NCBI GenBank assembly: GCA_051942205.1
Contig: JAVECO010000078.1
Span: 1-64,000, forward strand
Origin: Coniocarpon cinnabarinum
Taxonomy: Eukaryota
Direction of reading: 5' to 3'
DNA: 64,000 bases
The notes beneath the pieces were generated by a model. The model was not told the origin of the DNA. It made no database searches and saw only the letters and a program-made list of their open reading frames with translations. This document shows positions 1-14,065 of this stretch, one piece after another (within the stretch, counting starts at the first letter, position 1; each line of letters begins with the position of its first letter). A program made the position numbers and the translations under genes.

Positions 1-837
1 GGATGGGGAGATGGATGGAGAGGCGAGACTAGGAGTGGACGGGGCCGGTGGGTGATTACGAGGCAGGGAAAGGCAGGACTTTCAGGAGACCGGGCAGGGC
101 AGGACAGGGCAGGGCGTCTCGCGTCAGAATGCGGGGAGCACGGACCAGCCCGCCATGACCTCACCAATCAGGCCACTCGTCCTCTGCGCTTCGCTGCTGG
201 CACGTGCTGGTTGCTGCTCTTTCTGGCCCTTAGCGCCCATCGCCCTGGAGCGTCGCTGGCCCTCTTGGCTCTCCACTGTCCAGACGTTGCTAGGGGCAAT
301 TCGCCGCGCGGCGTCCTTCCTCTGTGCCACATCTTGACTGATGGCCTGCGTCTTAATCGCTCAACGCTGCACACGAAGTATGTGGCGCTGCTCGCTATTG
401 CAGTGCGCGATACCTGCCGCTCAGCCTCCCTCGATAATGGAATCTTGTCTATGACTGCCATATGCGGCCCTCTCGGCTCTCCGGCTCCTCAGCCCCCACT
501 GAGTGAACCTGTTGTACTCGTGCCTCTGCTCACGTTCCAGCCATGACGACCGGGAATCGGCAGCATCGTGCATTCGAGGCCAGATATTTGCGTATTGAAG
601 TCAATCGATAAGCGTGCAGCTGTGTAAGGATTCTGAAACGCGCAATCGTGATGGATCAAGATTTTCGGTCGTTTGACTGTCCTCTGCGTCATTCGCCAAG
701 ACTCTATCTCGCGTGTCTTGAACACGTGATGCTGTCTTGCGGAAGCCTTCCGTCTCTCCGAATTTCGCAAAATTCCATTAATAGTCAACATTGGTTTGGG
801 AGCACGCAACCCTCTCGCTCTCGGTATCGTTGCGACA

Positions 838-2715
838 ATGGATCCTCAAATAGCGCGACAGAGCGCAGAGTCCAAGAAGAGGAAGAGAAAAGACCCATCC
901 AACAAGCATGCTGTCAAGCGACAAAAAGACGGTTCGGTCGAGGCAGGCTCTGCAACTGGCACACCTGCATCTTCGAAGGAGAACAAGGCACGGTCGAAGG
1001 AGTCGAAAGACGATGTGAAGAAGCTACAGACAGACGATGAAGCCAGCGAAAGCGACGATGTCTCACCCAAGTCGAGCGAAGAGAATTCTTCCGAGACGGT
1101 CGGCCACCCAGAGTCAGCTCCACGCACATCCAAGCCAGTGAACAGCGATGGTGATGCTCAGTCAAACCTACCAAATCATAACTCTCTCTCTCTGCCTTCA
1201 TTGAACGAGCCTACAAAGTTTTCTGAGCTCAACATCTCGGAGAAGACGATGAAGGCTATTGAGAAGATGGGCTTCACAGACATGACTGAGATCCAGAGCA
1301 AAAGTATTCCTGCGCTTCTGGGTGGCAAGGATGTTCTAGGTGCTGCAAAAACAGGTAGTGGAAAAACCTTAGCATTCTTGATACCAGCCCTCGAGATGCT
1401 TCATGCGCTTCGTTTCAAGCCTCGAAATGGAACCGGTGTCATGATCGTGTCGCCCACCAGAGAGCTAGCGTTGCAAATATTTGGTGTCGCGCGAGAGCTC
1501 ATGCAGTTCCATTCACAGACCTACGGAATTGTGATGGGAGGAGCAAACAGGAAGGCTGAAGCAGAGAAGCTTTCAAAAGGGGTCAATTTGCTAGTCGCAA
1601 CACCTGGCCGGCTCTTGGACCATCTTCAGAATACGAAAGGTTTCGTGTTCAAGAACATCAAGGCATTCATTATAGATGAAGCGGATCGCATTCTTGAGAT
1701 TGGGTTTGAAGACGAGATGCGCCAAATTGTGCGTATTCTCCCCAAGGACGAACGTCAAACAATGCTGTTCTCGGCGACGCAAACAACAAATGTTCAAGAT
1801 CTCGCCAGAGTATCATTGAAGCAAGGACCTCTCTATGTGAATGTTGACCACAGGAAAGAGCACAGCACTGTTGAGGGCCTTGAGCAGGGCTATGTAATCT
1901 GCGATGCGGACCTTCGTTTCCGGCTGCTGTTCACATTCCTGAAGCGGAACGCGAAGAAGAAGGTCATCGTGTTCTTCTCGAGCTGCAATTCCACTCGCTA
2001 TTTTGCAGAGCTTCTAAACTATATCGACCTACCTGTGCTCGAGCTGCATGGTAAGCAGAAGCAGCAAAAGCGAACTAATACTTTCTTTGAGTTTTGCAAC
2101 GCGCCCCAAGGAACTTTGATCTGCACTGATGTCGCAGCAAGAGGACTGGATATCCCTGCGGTCGATTGGATCGTTCAGTTCGATCCCCCAGACGATCCAC
2201 GCAGCTACATTCATCGCGTTGGACGAACGGCGCGTGGCTCGGAAGGCAAAGGCAAGGGCTTGCTCTTTCTACAGCCCTCAGAGGTTGGCTTTCTCAAGCA
2301 TCTGAAGGACGCTCGAGTTCCGCTGGTTGAGTTTGAATTTCCCGAGAAGAAGATTCTCAACATCCAGTCGCAGCTAGAACAGTTGATTGGGAAGAACTAC
2401 TACTTGAACAAGGTGCGCGCTTCGCGAATGCTACCAAAGTTATAGGCTAACGTGCAGCAGTCTGCCAAGGATGGCTTCAGGTCGTACCTTCATGCATACG
2501 CTTCCCACAGCTTGCGCTCAGTATTCGACGTGAACAAGCTTGATCTGGCCAAGGTCGCTAAATCATATGGATTTCCCGTGCCACCACGAGTCGACATCCA
2601 GCTTGGCGCAAGCATGTCACGGGACAAAAAGCAGCAGTCAAGACGAGCTTACGGCAGCCAACCACAGCAGGTGAAAAAGTTCAATCACAAGCGCAATGAC
2701 AGTAATGTGCACTAG
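838..2715 (+). CDS. HAS1: DEAD-box ATP-dependent RNA helicase HAS1/DDX18 (intron 2413-2460)
   Basis: Motifs [30 protein letters not shown]. Splicing GTGCGC..CAGCAG joins YYLNK|SAKDG, typical of the Has1 C-terminal extension. Confidence 0.95.
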
Positions 2716-2779
2716 TTGAGCCTCTGTTCGTCAGAGCCAGTCAGAGCTTGAGGTACTCTGACATTCGAGATGAGTCATT

Positions 2780-3829
2780 TTAGTCCACATCCGGCACTGG
2801 AAGATGATTTAGTAACTTCATCCTTTTCCCCTGCTTCTCCAGGGCTCGCATGGCCTCTTGGTCTTTGAGTTTTTGTGCTTGCTCGGCATCGACCATGACA
2901 AAGTCCCATTTCAGAGTCTTACAATTACTTGGCACACCATACTGTTCTGTTTCGTCAGCATTGACATCGCCCAGTGTCACCACCAGGCTGTCTTTGACAC
3001 CAAACACGGCGTCGCTGTTTTCATACGGGTCACCTTTGATGTACAGAGCGGTGATCAGCTCATCGTAGCCTTCCTTGTGAAACATGAAATGCATGTGGGC
3101 GGGCCTCATTGGATGCCTCTTCAGCAACTTCAATAGCTGTCCTACGGGACCGTCATGCGGAATAGGATAGCTCACTGGCACTATTGCTTTGTACTTCGCG
3201 CGCCTTATCAGTGCGCTGTTTCAGAATGGGAATGGGCGTGGATGAACACTGACCCAGAACTTGCCGTTGGCATCACTCTTCAACACTGCACGCCCGTCCA
3301 CAAAGCGATTGCCAGGTCTTTGGACATCATAATGCCCGGTACTATCCGTTTCCCAGACGTCAATGTGGACGCCTTCGACTGGTCGCCCAGCCGTGTCACG
3401 AATTGTGCAGAGACAGAGCAAGGGCCCCCCGCTTGGGTCATTGGCAATAGACTCCCCCGAGGGAAGCTCGGGAGCGTCATGGGTGTGGAAAGGACCAAGC
3501 ACAGTGCCCGCGGTGGCTTCTGACGGCTTGGGGTGCGAGATGGAGTCGACGAGCAAAGACAAGCCAAAGACGTCTGACAGCAGGATGAACTCTTGCCTGT
3601 GCTCGGTACACGTGTGGCCCACTCTGGTCAGGAACTCGAGTCCTTGCATCCATTCGTGGTGCTGGAGTCGTGTCTCGCGTGCAAAGTCGTGCAGATGCTG
3701 CACCAGCCGCTCCAAGACGTACCTGGTCCTCGGGTTGTCGCACTGACTGTTGATCAATTTGACGTTGTCGGTGATGTTGTCGATGCTGAGGTCTTTGAGG
3801 GGCGGGATGTCGACAGCGGAAGGGTCCAT
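2780..3829 (-). CDS. Intradiol ring-cleavage dioxygenase (hydroxyquinol/catechol 1,2-dioxygenase family); intron 3194-3253
   Basis: RQEFILLSDVFGLS, TVLGPF, GHYD, YPIPHDGPVG and RPAHMHF (Fe-ligand Tyr/His motifs). ATG at 3829. Confidence 0.92.
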
Positions 3830-4577
3830 TATTGCAGCGGGTGGAGGAGGCTGATGCAGCTGACAGCAGGTTTCAAAGCTCCGATAGGGCGTAGTTGCAC
3901 TGCTCGTTCGTGAAATATCATCACTCCCAACTCCACGTAGTCGACCGTCATCCACAATATATAGAGGACGAACAGGTGGGGGAGTCTGTTCGGGACTCCA
4001 TTGCCAGCATTCCGTGCCGACACAACAACCGATCCTGGGCTTCTGATCTGTGCCACGCCCAGCTCTCCCATTGACGAGCAGCACGTATGCCGGTGCGCTT
4101 CCAACGCTGAGCTGTTCAAGTGTCGTAGCCACGTGTCACGTTGCCTGGACTGCTGCCGAACAACCTGAATGTTGGACGGACCCGCTTACGTAACGCCACT
4201 TCTTTCTTGCTCACACTTCAACGTGGCCCTGCGCCGCTGAGAGAGGCCAGGAGGGGCGGAAGACTTTACGCATCGTGTCCCGCCAGCGGTATGCTTGTCT
4301 GGAGTTGCTGATTGTCGTCCGAATGAGTCAAAAGCAAGCCGCGCTCGCCCTTGCTGCCCTTGCTTCCCACGCCGCTCAGGCAACCGTGGCTGCTCCTTGC
4401 AACTCCGACCCATAAGCTGACCCAAATGGAGTCACGGGCCCCACCGCTCGTTATATACGCGCTGCTCGTCGCTGGATGCCTGTGCAGACCACAAATGGGT
4501 CTCCTATTACATCCATAGTGCCCTGAGTCCTTCGTGGCAGAGATCACAGCGTACCAGCCATGCCTCTACAAACAGTC

Positions 4578-7500
4578 ATGGCGAGCGCTCGGGCTCAAGG
4601 CTTCTTTGGCCCGGGCGCATACGAAGATCTACGTTCTTGCAAATTATGGGTATCCGAGTCATCCAGCCATGGAACGATGCTCGAGCCAGCTAACGACCAA
4701 CGCAGGACTCTAGAGAAGCAAAATTTCGAGAGTGCTCGTTTCCCGTCATCGCTGCTGTGTCTGCAGCGTCGTCAATCCTTTTACTGCTTCTCTATCTGCT
4801 CCGCCCACTATTCAAGCGTGCTAGACCAGCTTGGACTCAGCCCTTTATCAAAGAGAAAGTTCCTGGCCTCAGTGACATTGATGTCAAGGAACGTGGTGCT
4901 TCACATTCTTCCTGGCCGTTGTCATGTCTTCTTGGTTTTGCCTTTGTGGGCCTTGCCTCAACTGGGATCTCAGCCTCGTACCCGCGACCGAGTCTTCACT
5001 GGTTGATACTGGCCATTCCATGGGTAAGCTTGTCCATATCTTGAGGGTTTGAGGCTATCTGATTAGCAGGCAGGCTGTTGGTATTGCTTTGATTGCTCTG
5101 GAACGACCCCGACAGTTAAGCTGGTTGCTGCTTGCCAACTTCGTAGGAGTCTTCATTGCAAGCGCCATCTGCACGGTTGACCGTCCATTTATCCCTGGGC
5201 CTGAGGACGCTGGCCAGATCATAGCATGCCTTGCAGCATTCTTTACCCTTCTGGTTCAATTCAACATGCCCATGCGTGATCCCATGTTGTCCGACAAGGG
5301 TATTGGAAAACCAGGCGCTGAACCGTCGTCTGACTTGAGAAGTCCTGAAGACAACGTGACGCTCTGGCAGTGGTGGTCCGTGGCTTGGATCGGACGTTTG
5401 CTCGCGAGAGCTGGCAAGCGACAACTTAATGAAGAAGACGTCTGGTTTCTGGGTCATGAGTTCCAGCATCGTCTCTTGCATGACAAGTTTCGTCAGCTGA
5501 AGGGATCGGTCACCCGCAGGCTCTTGGTTGCGAATGGGCTGGATCTTATGGTCCTTATATTTATCACGCTGACTGACGAAGTTGCCTGTGAGTCATGCTT
5601 TGGTCCTCAATGAAGCTCGACTGACCGCAATTGAAGATTTTTCAATCCCTGTATTATTGCAACAACTCCTCCGTGCGTGGGAGGATGGGAATGCGGGCAA
5701 GGCAAGCGTGGTAAAGTACGCTGCTCTTATGCTGATTGCACGCGTTTATGTCGCACAATGTAGCGTTCTTTTCCTTTGGTTTGGACGTCGAGCTTACGAG
5801 AGATCTCGAGGTGAGATGATCACGATGCTTTACGAAAAGACATTGTCACGGAAAATCATTACGACCAAAGAGAACGATGAAAAGTCAAACGCTGATGGCG
5901 CGCATGGGTCTGCTCACGAGGATGGGTCAGAAGAATCCCAAAAACAGAAGCTAAGCCTGTGGAGACGCACGGTGGATTCTATGACGGCTTACTTCTCAGG
6001 CCCAATATCATGGTTGAAAAGGCGGTTTGGTGTCGAAAAGGCCACGGAGGCGCAAAAGAAACCAGCGTCCATGGGCAAGATACTTAATTTGATGAGAAAT
6101 GATGCTTACGAGGTTGCGCAGCGTTTCTGGGAGTTTGATCGAATATTTAGTACTCCAGTGGGGATTGTCGTAGCAACTGCATTGATATGGAACCTCATTG
6201 GTCCGTCATGCCTTCTTGGAGTCGTGACGATCGTAGTGGTCCAAGTGGTCAACGTCTTTTTCTCGAAGCTGTTGCTGCACTGGGAACGCAAACGTCGGTC
6301 CGCAACCGACGAAAGACTGCATGTCACTTCTCAGACCATCGAATCAATTCGACATCTGCGCTGGTATGGCTGGCAGCAGACGTGGATCGACAAGATCATG
6401 GACAAGCGGCAACGAGAGCTTAATCTGAAGATTGTGACCAGCATTTGGAACATCTCCCTCGGCTTCATGAACATATTGGCTAGCGGTGCGTTCCCCGTCG
6501 TCGCTTTCTCCGCCTACACGGCGCTGGCCGGTCAACCTTTGAGGATCGATATTGCATTTCCGGCGCTTCAACTGTTTAGTCTCCTTGAGGACTATCTGAG
6601 AGATCTTCCTGGACTGATCGCGGTGATGCTCAATGCAATGGTTGCGATGAGTCGCATCGAAGATTTCATGAACGAGGAAGACAAGGCTGAGATCGAGGAC
6701 AAGCCGGTCTCGTCAGATGAGCTGTCCCTCCACGGGGCATCCTTCGCCTGGCCTGGTACTTCCAAGAGTGTTCTGCATGATCTCAACCTTTCGATCACAT
6801 CGGGATTCATAGTGATTTGCGGCAAGGTTGGCACAGGCAAGACGGCCCTGCTCCAATCTCTGTTGGGAGAACTCGATCTCCTGCAGGGACAGCTCGACCG
6901 TCCAAAAGAGATGATTGCATACTGTGAACAGACTCCTTGGCTAGAGAGTATGAGCATACGCGACAACATCCTTTTCGAGGCTCCTTTTGAGGAGACGCGT
7001 TACAAACAGGTGCTCGATGTTTGTGCTTTGACACCGGATCTGGCATCGTTCACACATGGTGACTTGTCCAACATCGGAGAGAACGGTATTGGGCTTTCTG
7101 GCGGGCAGAAGGCGAGAGTCGCACTCGCAAGAGCGATCTACAGCCGCGCCAACATACTACTCCTCGACGACCCGATCTCAGCTCTCGACCACGACACTGC
7201 CGAGTCGATTGTCCGCAAAGCATTCGCAGGCCCATTGCTGAAAGATCGGACTGTCGTACTCGTCACCCACCGCACTGAGCTGTGCGTGCATCTCGCGAAC
7301 AAAATCATTGAGATCGTGGACGGTACCGCGAAAGAGATCTCACACGCAGCTGCACTGGCAAAGGGACTACAAACATCTGTTGACACTGACAAGGAGACTG
7401 ATTTCAATGATCAGGAAGACCAAGCAAAGAAGGAAGAGCAAGAAGCTGCCGCAGTCCCCGACAAGTTCATTGAGGATGAGCAACGTGCGTCGGGCGGTGT

Positions 7501-9259
7501 CAAAGCGTCTGTCTACTGGCAATACATCAAAGCAGGCACCATGCGATGGTGGATTCTCAACGTGATTGGCCTGACGCTATATCGTGTTCTTGTCGTTGGT
7601 AACAAGTGGCTCCTCAAAGAGTGGGGAGAGTCTTACGAAAAGGATCCCAACGCAAGGAGTGGCCTCTTCGCCTCCTTCCCCAGTCCCGAAGTCAACCTCC
7701 GTCCCTGGCTGCTGGCGTTCTTCCTGTTCGTGGTGGCGTATTCGCTTGCATTCATCTTCTCCCAGATCGTGATGACAGCCATCGTCTATACGACAGGCAA
7801 ACGCCTCTTCAACGCCGTCATTGACCGAGTCACCCATGCGACCTTTCGCTTCTACGACGTCACGCCCGTCGGTCGACTCATGAATCGCCTCACGTCTGAT
7901 ATCGGGACCGTCGATGGCAACATCGCCAGCCAGTTCCACGAGGTCGCCTACCAAGCCGTGCAATGGGTAACCGCCGTCGTCATCATTGCTTCCATCACCC
8001 CTGCGTTCCTGGTGTTCACGGCCATCGCCACTGGTTCCTTTGTCCTCATCTTCCGCATCTTTCTGCCAACATCGCAAAATCTAAGACGCCTCGAGATGGT
8101 CTCGCTGAGTCCGCTGATGACAAACTTCGGGGCCCTTCTTGAAGGTCTCATGACGGTTAGAGCATACTGCGCCCAAGGCCGCTTCCAAGCTCGGAACATC
8201 GCCGTCGTCGATACGTTCCAGAGGATGGACCACTTCTATTGGAGCGTCCAAGCGTGGCTGATGTACCGCTTCGACACGCTCGCGGCACTTTGCACATTTC
8301 TGTTGGCGTTACTGGCGCTCTACACGGACGTCTCCGCCGGTCTCGCTGCGTTCGTCCTCACGGCCGGTGGCAACTTTGTCAATTCAACACATAGTCTCTG
8401 TCGGCAGTACGGTCAGATAGAAATGGACTTCACCTCTGTGGAGCGAGTCGTTGAACTCCTCCATCTCGAGCAAGAGCCGAAGGGAAACATTTCTCCACCT
8501 GCCGTCTGGCCTTCTACCAACGGCGATGTTACCTTCGAAAACGTCACAATCCGCTATGCACCGCATCTCGAACCCGCGCTCTCCGACGTCTCCTTCACCA
8601 TCAAAGGCGGCTCAAATACTGCGATCGTGGGCCGTACTGGCTCCGGCAAGAGCACTCTCGCTGTGTCTCTCCTCGCTACGGTTTTACCTTCCGGTGGCCG
8701 GATTTTGATCGACGGGATCGACATCTCGAAGATTGACCCTGATGTGCTGCGGAGACGTGTCACGTTCCTTGCTCAGGATCCGTTGCTGTTCGAAGGGACG
8801 ATCCACGAGAATTTGGATCCTTTGCATGAACACTCCCAGGACGAATGCGCCGCGGCATTAGACCGTGTATGCGATAGCAACTCGGCGACTCCCAGCAGCA
8901 GCCGAGACGCGCCCAAAGCGTCATCACAATCAAACTGGACGCTGTCCACCCGCGTTGAAACCGGCGGGAAGAATCTCTCACAAGGCCAACGCCAACTCGT
9001 TGGACTCGCGCGAGCCGTGTTACGACGCAGCGCCATCATCGTCCTGGATGAGGCGACGGCGTCCATAGATTTGGAGACGTCGATGCGGATTCAGCGTGTG
9101 TTGCGAGAGGAAATGGCACAGAGTACCGTCCTCACGATTGCGCATCGGGTTGAAGCCGTTTCGGACGTGGACTCTGCGGTTGTGTTGGCGAAGGGACGGT
9201 TAGTTGAGTTTAGGGTTGAGGATAAGACGCATGCGGAGGCGGGGGCGAGTGCGTCGTGA
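4578..9259 (+). CDS. ABCC (MRP/Ybt1-Bpt1-like) ABC transporter; introns 4650-4705, 5024-5073, 5588-5636
   Basis: Two TMDs and two NBDs: GKVGTGKT/LSGGQ/LLLDD and GRTGSGKS/LSQGQ/VLDEAT. Three GT-AG introns join the 5' ORFs in frame. An alternative in-frame ATG lies at 4560. Confidence 0.92.
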
Positions 9260-10224
9260 GGTGTTTGTGACGGGCTGGGTGAAGTGGGTTGGTTACGGGG
9301 GTTATGAGGCGTTAGTGTTGGGCTGTCTCTACTTTGGTGTTGATAGACATTGCTGTTCCTGCAGAATAGATTGCTCTTGCTTGTCTTGACGGTGCGAGAT
9401 GTATTGACCACTCTTCATTCCACCGCGTGAGTAGTTGATACCTATTTAGAAGCGACGCGTAGTCGAGTCCACGGCAATGTCTGTGCTCAAGTTTAGACGA
9501 GCGTGATAATGAGCAAGCTCTGAGCTTCCTCATCCTGAATCGTCAACTATCCGACAAAGACAGTGCAGTACATAAGCAGAGTCGAAACTTCGCGTTAAAT
9601 TTAAACAAATGTACAGTGACGACCCCGGCCCGCAATTCCCATGGTCAAGATCATATCCTCGTTCGCGGCAACGTCCTCCTCGGTCCAAGGTCGAGGTTAG
9701 ATTTACGTGACGTAGACATGGTCGAGTCTCGACGAGAGCTCTTGACAAGTCATGCTCTGGATCACGACCCTCTTCACCTTTTGAACGATATTATTCTGTA
9801 TATTCATGAAGGGAGAGATCATGTCGAATGCCGATTGTGGGCGTATGCCGTTATTACGGCTTCGAAGCTGGCGCCGTCGTGGGTTCAGCGGTTCTCGTGG
9901 TTGTGTCAAATCGTGGTGGTCACAACGGTATCAGCTAGGTGTAGCATGATGTGTAGCATGGTTGTGACGACCTCTTGATTGTGACCGCGGCGTCGTGCAC
10001 ATTCGGTAAGTGGAGAAGGAGACTGTGGAGTTGTGCCAATACGCAATTTCCAAGCAACACGAATATATAATTGAAGAATCTCTTCTGGCGTGCTTTCTCT
10101 GTATGTACTCTCTTAGTTAGATACAACCTCTAGACGTACCCTTTGGATGCGCTCTCAGAAGCGTCTTTGAAATATGCTCTAAGATGTGCTCTTAGCAACG
10201 CTCATGGAAATGCTTTTGGGATTT

Positions 10225-10262
10225 TGGCAGGACATTGGGATTGTGGCAGGACATTGTGATTG
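10225..10262. repeat. 19-bp direct repeat x2 (TGGCAGGACATTGKGATTG)
   Basis: Units 10225-10243 and 10244-10262 differ at one base. Confidence 0.85.
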
Positions 10263-11301
10263 AGTGATCACGTCACAGACTATTCCTCATTGCTCAAACC
10301 CCTCAAAACTCTACGCTACTTACTTAAGCGGAACAGAAACGCTTAGGATGTATTGAAAGTGGCTGTACTACTTGTGCACTTTCGCGCTGAATGACTCTAA
10401 TGTATTAGCGCTTGCGTTCTTGATAGAGGATATGTACGTTTAAAGAAAGGCAGTAGACTTTAGAAGAAGAGCTCTCATGTTTAAACGTAGAGCTGATCTA
10501 CAGTTGAATCATACTCACTAGTGCGATACTTTTTTTTTACTGAAATGTAAGAAAGCTTTGGGGTTTTTACTTGCAGTGGTAGAATGGAAAGGTGAATCTA
10601 CTGTAGGAACGCGTTGCCTTTTCTAAGTTCTAGGGACTTGCCGCCGTAACAGCTTAGCCTCTACGATATTCGCTAATAGCCCTTAGGAGCTACTAGAATG
10701 AATGCTAACTGAAAAGCCACAGCGCTGTGCTGTTGACTTGCCTCTTGCTGGCTCCAACATCTCACCAATTGTAATACTCTGGATGGACTAGACGAGGCCT
10801 GAGTGATGCTGTCGCATAAGCTCTCACTGTTTGATGATGGCTGCTGGCTACAATGAAGCAATGAGTGATCCGAGCCTCGCGGTCGTGAGATGGTCATTGA
10901 ATAGACCGGTCACCTGCGTTTAGTGCTCTGTACGTGCTTGACCTGTCAAAGCATAAGCCTTCAGGCGCTGGCACGACGACACGACATTCGCAGCGAGTGC
11001 ACCGTCTCTCGTCGCCTTACCCACCAGCAGCGCCCGTCTCTTGAGCGCTCTCTCTGCTCTGGATCGTGCTCCATAGATCGAACTTAAGAGCATCAGAAAT
11101 GAGCTGAACTCGAGTTGTGCCTCTCGGCAACGAAACCACCAGGCACCAAGCTGCTCGATCGATGCCCTCAGCCCGAGCGCATCAATTTTGACTAAGGGTT
11201 TCGCAGCCAAAGCACGACAACGCCTCCTGCGAGAGCATGTCTCAACACAGCAACACAATCACTACCAACCGTCCATCCATCTCCATCGCAACACAACTAC
11301 A

Positions 11302-12128
11302 TCAGAACTTCTCCTGCGCGGGTCTCAAATCCAACTCATGACACCACAAGCTCGGCTCCTGCTGCGCAAGCCACAAATAAGTCTTGCCTACACTCTCCGC
11401 ACTCATCCTCGCCCCCTCTCGCGTCTCCTTCGAATTCTCGTCCCGAATGCCTCCATTCGCAATCGTGTGCACAACATGCACCCCGTTTTTACTGACCTCC
11501 TTCGCCAACCCCTGCGCCACCATTCGCGCAGCCGCGCGACCCGCGCCATACGCGGAGAACTCGGCGTTCGTCCGCATCGCGCCGAGCGTGCCCGTGAAGA
11601 TAATGATGCCCTTTTTCATGCCATCCGTGTCTGACAGGAGCGTCTCACCGCCATGATCAGCATAGATCCGCTTTAGAGCCTCTTGCGCAAATGCAAACGC
11701 GCCCGTCGTGTACGTCTGCAGGCTTTGCCCGAACTCCTGCGGCGTCTCAGTGAGGAACGACTTCTTCGAGGCATGCTTGACATGGTAGATGGCAAGTTCG
11801 AGCTTGAGGTTGGCAAAGTCGGGGTGCTTCTGGATGGCTTGGAAGGTCTGAGCGAGGTTGGAGGGATCGGTGTCGGTGGGGAAGGGGTGCACGATGCTGC
11901 CTTGAGGCAATTGGGAGCGGAGGGTGTTTGAGAGGTTGGAGAGGTTGTCCGGGTTACGGGCGAGGAGGGCGACGGCGTAGTTGCCTTGTTGCGGGTGGGC
12001 GAGGACTCGGGCGACGCCGCCACCTGATGTCGGGCCTGCGCCGCTGGTGGGTTGGATTAGTTCATGTTCTTGATCTGGCAGAGAGGGGAGCTCTCGTACA
12101 TGAGTATTGCCAGAGCTCGAGGTGGCAT
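11302..12128 (-). CDS. Short-chain dehydrogenase/reductase; intron 12044-12099
   Basis: Spliced N-terminus MPPRALAILIGAGPTSGGG (Rossmann motif); IIFTG, FSAYGAGRAA, C-terminal ELDLRP. Confidence 0.85.
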
Positions 12129-12400
12129 CTTGACAAGCGATCGCAGTAATCTCAGTTGCAAGAGTCGAAGTCAAGTTGCTGTATTTGCCAATATAGAGAG
12201 CTTTCCTTTCGATATCGCCTGACGAATATGAGAATTCTCAATTGGACGAAAAGGCACTCACACAAATATCGTCTAGGGATCCCCACATTACGTCACAAAG
12301 ATCAGCCGAGGGGTCTCAGGATGATGAAGGCCAAAAACCGAACCTTTGCGAATGCCAAAAAGGAAACAGCCGTGTGGCCTCTGTCATTGTTTTATGGTAC

Positions 12401-13772
12401 TCACACGTGCACCATCGAGTCGTGACTGTTCACAGAACTTGAGCTGGAACTGTTTGTCAACGCTTTCGCAAGCTCGTTGCCCGGATATTGAATATCCTTC
12501 TGGCCCAGCACAAACCGCTCACACCAGTGGCACCAACTGCGATTGATGCCTTCTTGCTCGCGGCGGAGGTAGTGACCGTGGTCTCTTTCGTCTTCATACT
12601 CTTTGACGACAGCACCGACCTTGACTCTCTTTTTAACCTTTTTCTTGACGATGCCTCCAATGCCCTCAATCTCTTGCGTCAGATAGCTTGTGCCGCCGTA
12701 TTCGCGACCAGGAGACTCGACAGCTTGCTCCTCACGCTTGATGTTCGCGAGTTCAGTAGCGTCGCAATCAATCTCTTTCTCAACCTCTTTTGAATCAAGA
12801 CACTGTCGGCCTTTGCCGCACTCTACACCCTCATTACCCTCACCAATACCAGTACCCAGGCCGCCGAGGTAGGTGCTGTAGCGGGTGCGCCATGTCCAAC
12901 AGCGCATATAGGTAGTATCTGCGCTACGCAGGGCATTTCCACACGAAAGACAGAGGTAAACCATCTCCCGGCAGGTGCATGGATCGCGGGCAAAAGCATC
13001 ATGGGTGAAGCTCTGCTGGCTCGGAGGAAGCTGTTGTGATGGAAGCTCGAGGTCATCGTGAGCATGGGCGGACATGGGCGCCTTCATACACGTTTTACAA
13101 AGCCGTCTGTGGCGACCAAGCAGGGCTTTGGGCACTGGGGCCTTGATAGTGCAGTTCTGCTGTTTGTTTAGTACTTCTCTCAAGCAGGGACGAGCACTGG
13201 GCCTTGGTGCACTGGGAAGCACAAAGGGGGCCAAGGTCTCAGCTGCTGCAAGTGGTCATGCGTACTCGACAGACGACTATGCCGCAGCGACGACAATCGC
13301 CAACCATGTCTCGGGCACAGAGACCCACTCTTCCGCTGGTGAGGTTGCCCTCGAAGGCATGGCCTCGCGTTTGACGCCAAGCGTTGTGAGTCTGCAGCAT
13401 GCGATTGGCGAGCCGCGAGTTCATTGTCTCCTTGTCATTGACACAGCGTAGAGTATGCTTCACCAGCTGATTCCGGTATAGCAGCAAATTGGATCTGAAC
13501 TGGCGGCATGTTGCCGAGAGATCATGCAGCGAATTGAGGTCCAGGTTCTGGGCAATGGTCGACACAATACTACGTAGTGTCAACGCAGGAACAATGGACG
13601 CGACGAGAGGGATCGCATACGGATAGCATGCCAGCGCTGCTGCGAACAGGCCGTCATTGCATTGCGGATCAACGTTCAGACTCTGCAGGCATTCATCGAG
13701 GGAGGATCTGCGAGGGTCATCGTGTATGGCTGGCTCGGCGGATTCCTCTTCCAGATCGACGACATACACCAT
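12401..13772 (-). CDS. Conserved fungal Cys-rich protein with F-box-like segment; intron 13157-13265
   Basis: IAQNLDLNSLHDLSATCRQFR (F-box-like) and several CxxC pairs (CRRC, CKTC, CLSC, CHWC). The two ORFs join in frame as VVCR|NCTIK. Confidence 0.7.
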
Positions 13773-14065
13773 TTTGAGAAAAGACTGAATCAGCAGCTGG
13801 GCGCATCGCAGCTAGGGATGCTGCCGTTGCTCGGATAAGTCAATGAGCGACTGAAAGGCAGCCGAGCGGACGAAGAGCGAGACAGAGAAAACAGCCGTGG
13901 CGTGTGGCTGGGCTGGTCCGATAAGATCTCAGGTGGGCTGTCACCTGACTCGCCTCTCGGTGCCGCCTTGCCGTTTACGAGCGTCCTCCAGGGCCAGGAG
14001 TCGGATGGCGTGCTTTGTCTCGTGGAAGTCCTCATATACATCTACTATTATATTATGTGCACACA

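Noticed and set aside
1..546. 164-aa ORF and GGCAG/GGAT-rich repeats at the window start
   Set aside because: Non-ATG start, low-complexity translation and no domain; it looks like promoter sequence upstream of HAS1.
3830..4132. 101-aa N-terminal extension of the dioxygenase ORF
   Set aside because: It begins at GTG and crosses a TATA-like element. The ATG at 3829 matches the family N-terminus.
10120..10262. CRISPR-like array
   Set aside because: Eukaryotic context, degenerate short tandem units, no unique spacers and no cas genes.
11302..11313. C-terminal EKF of the SDR as a PTS1
   Set aside because: ELDLRP..EKF/W is a family-typical ending and is not a canonical PTS1.
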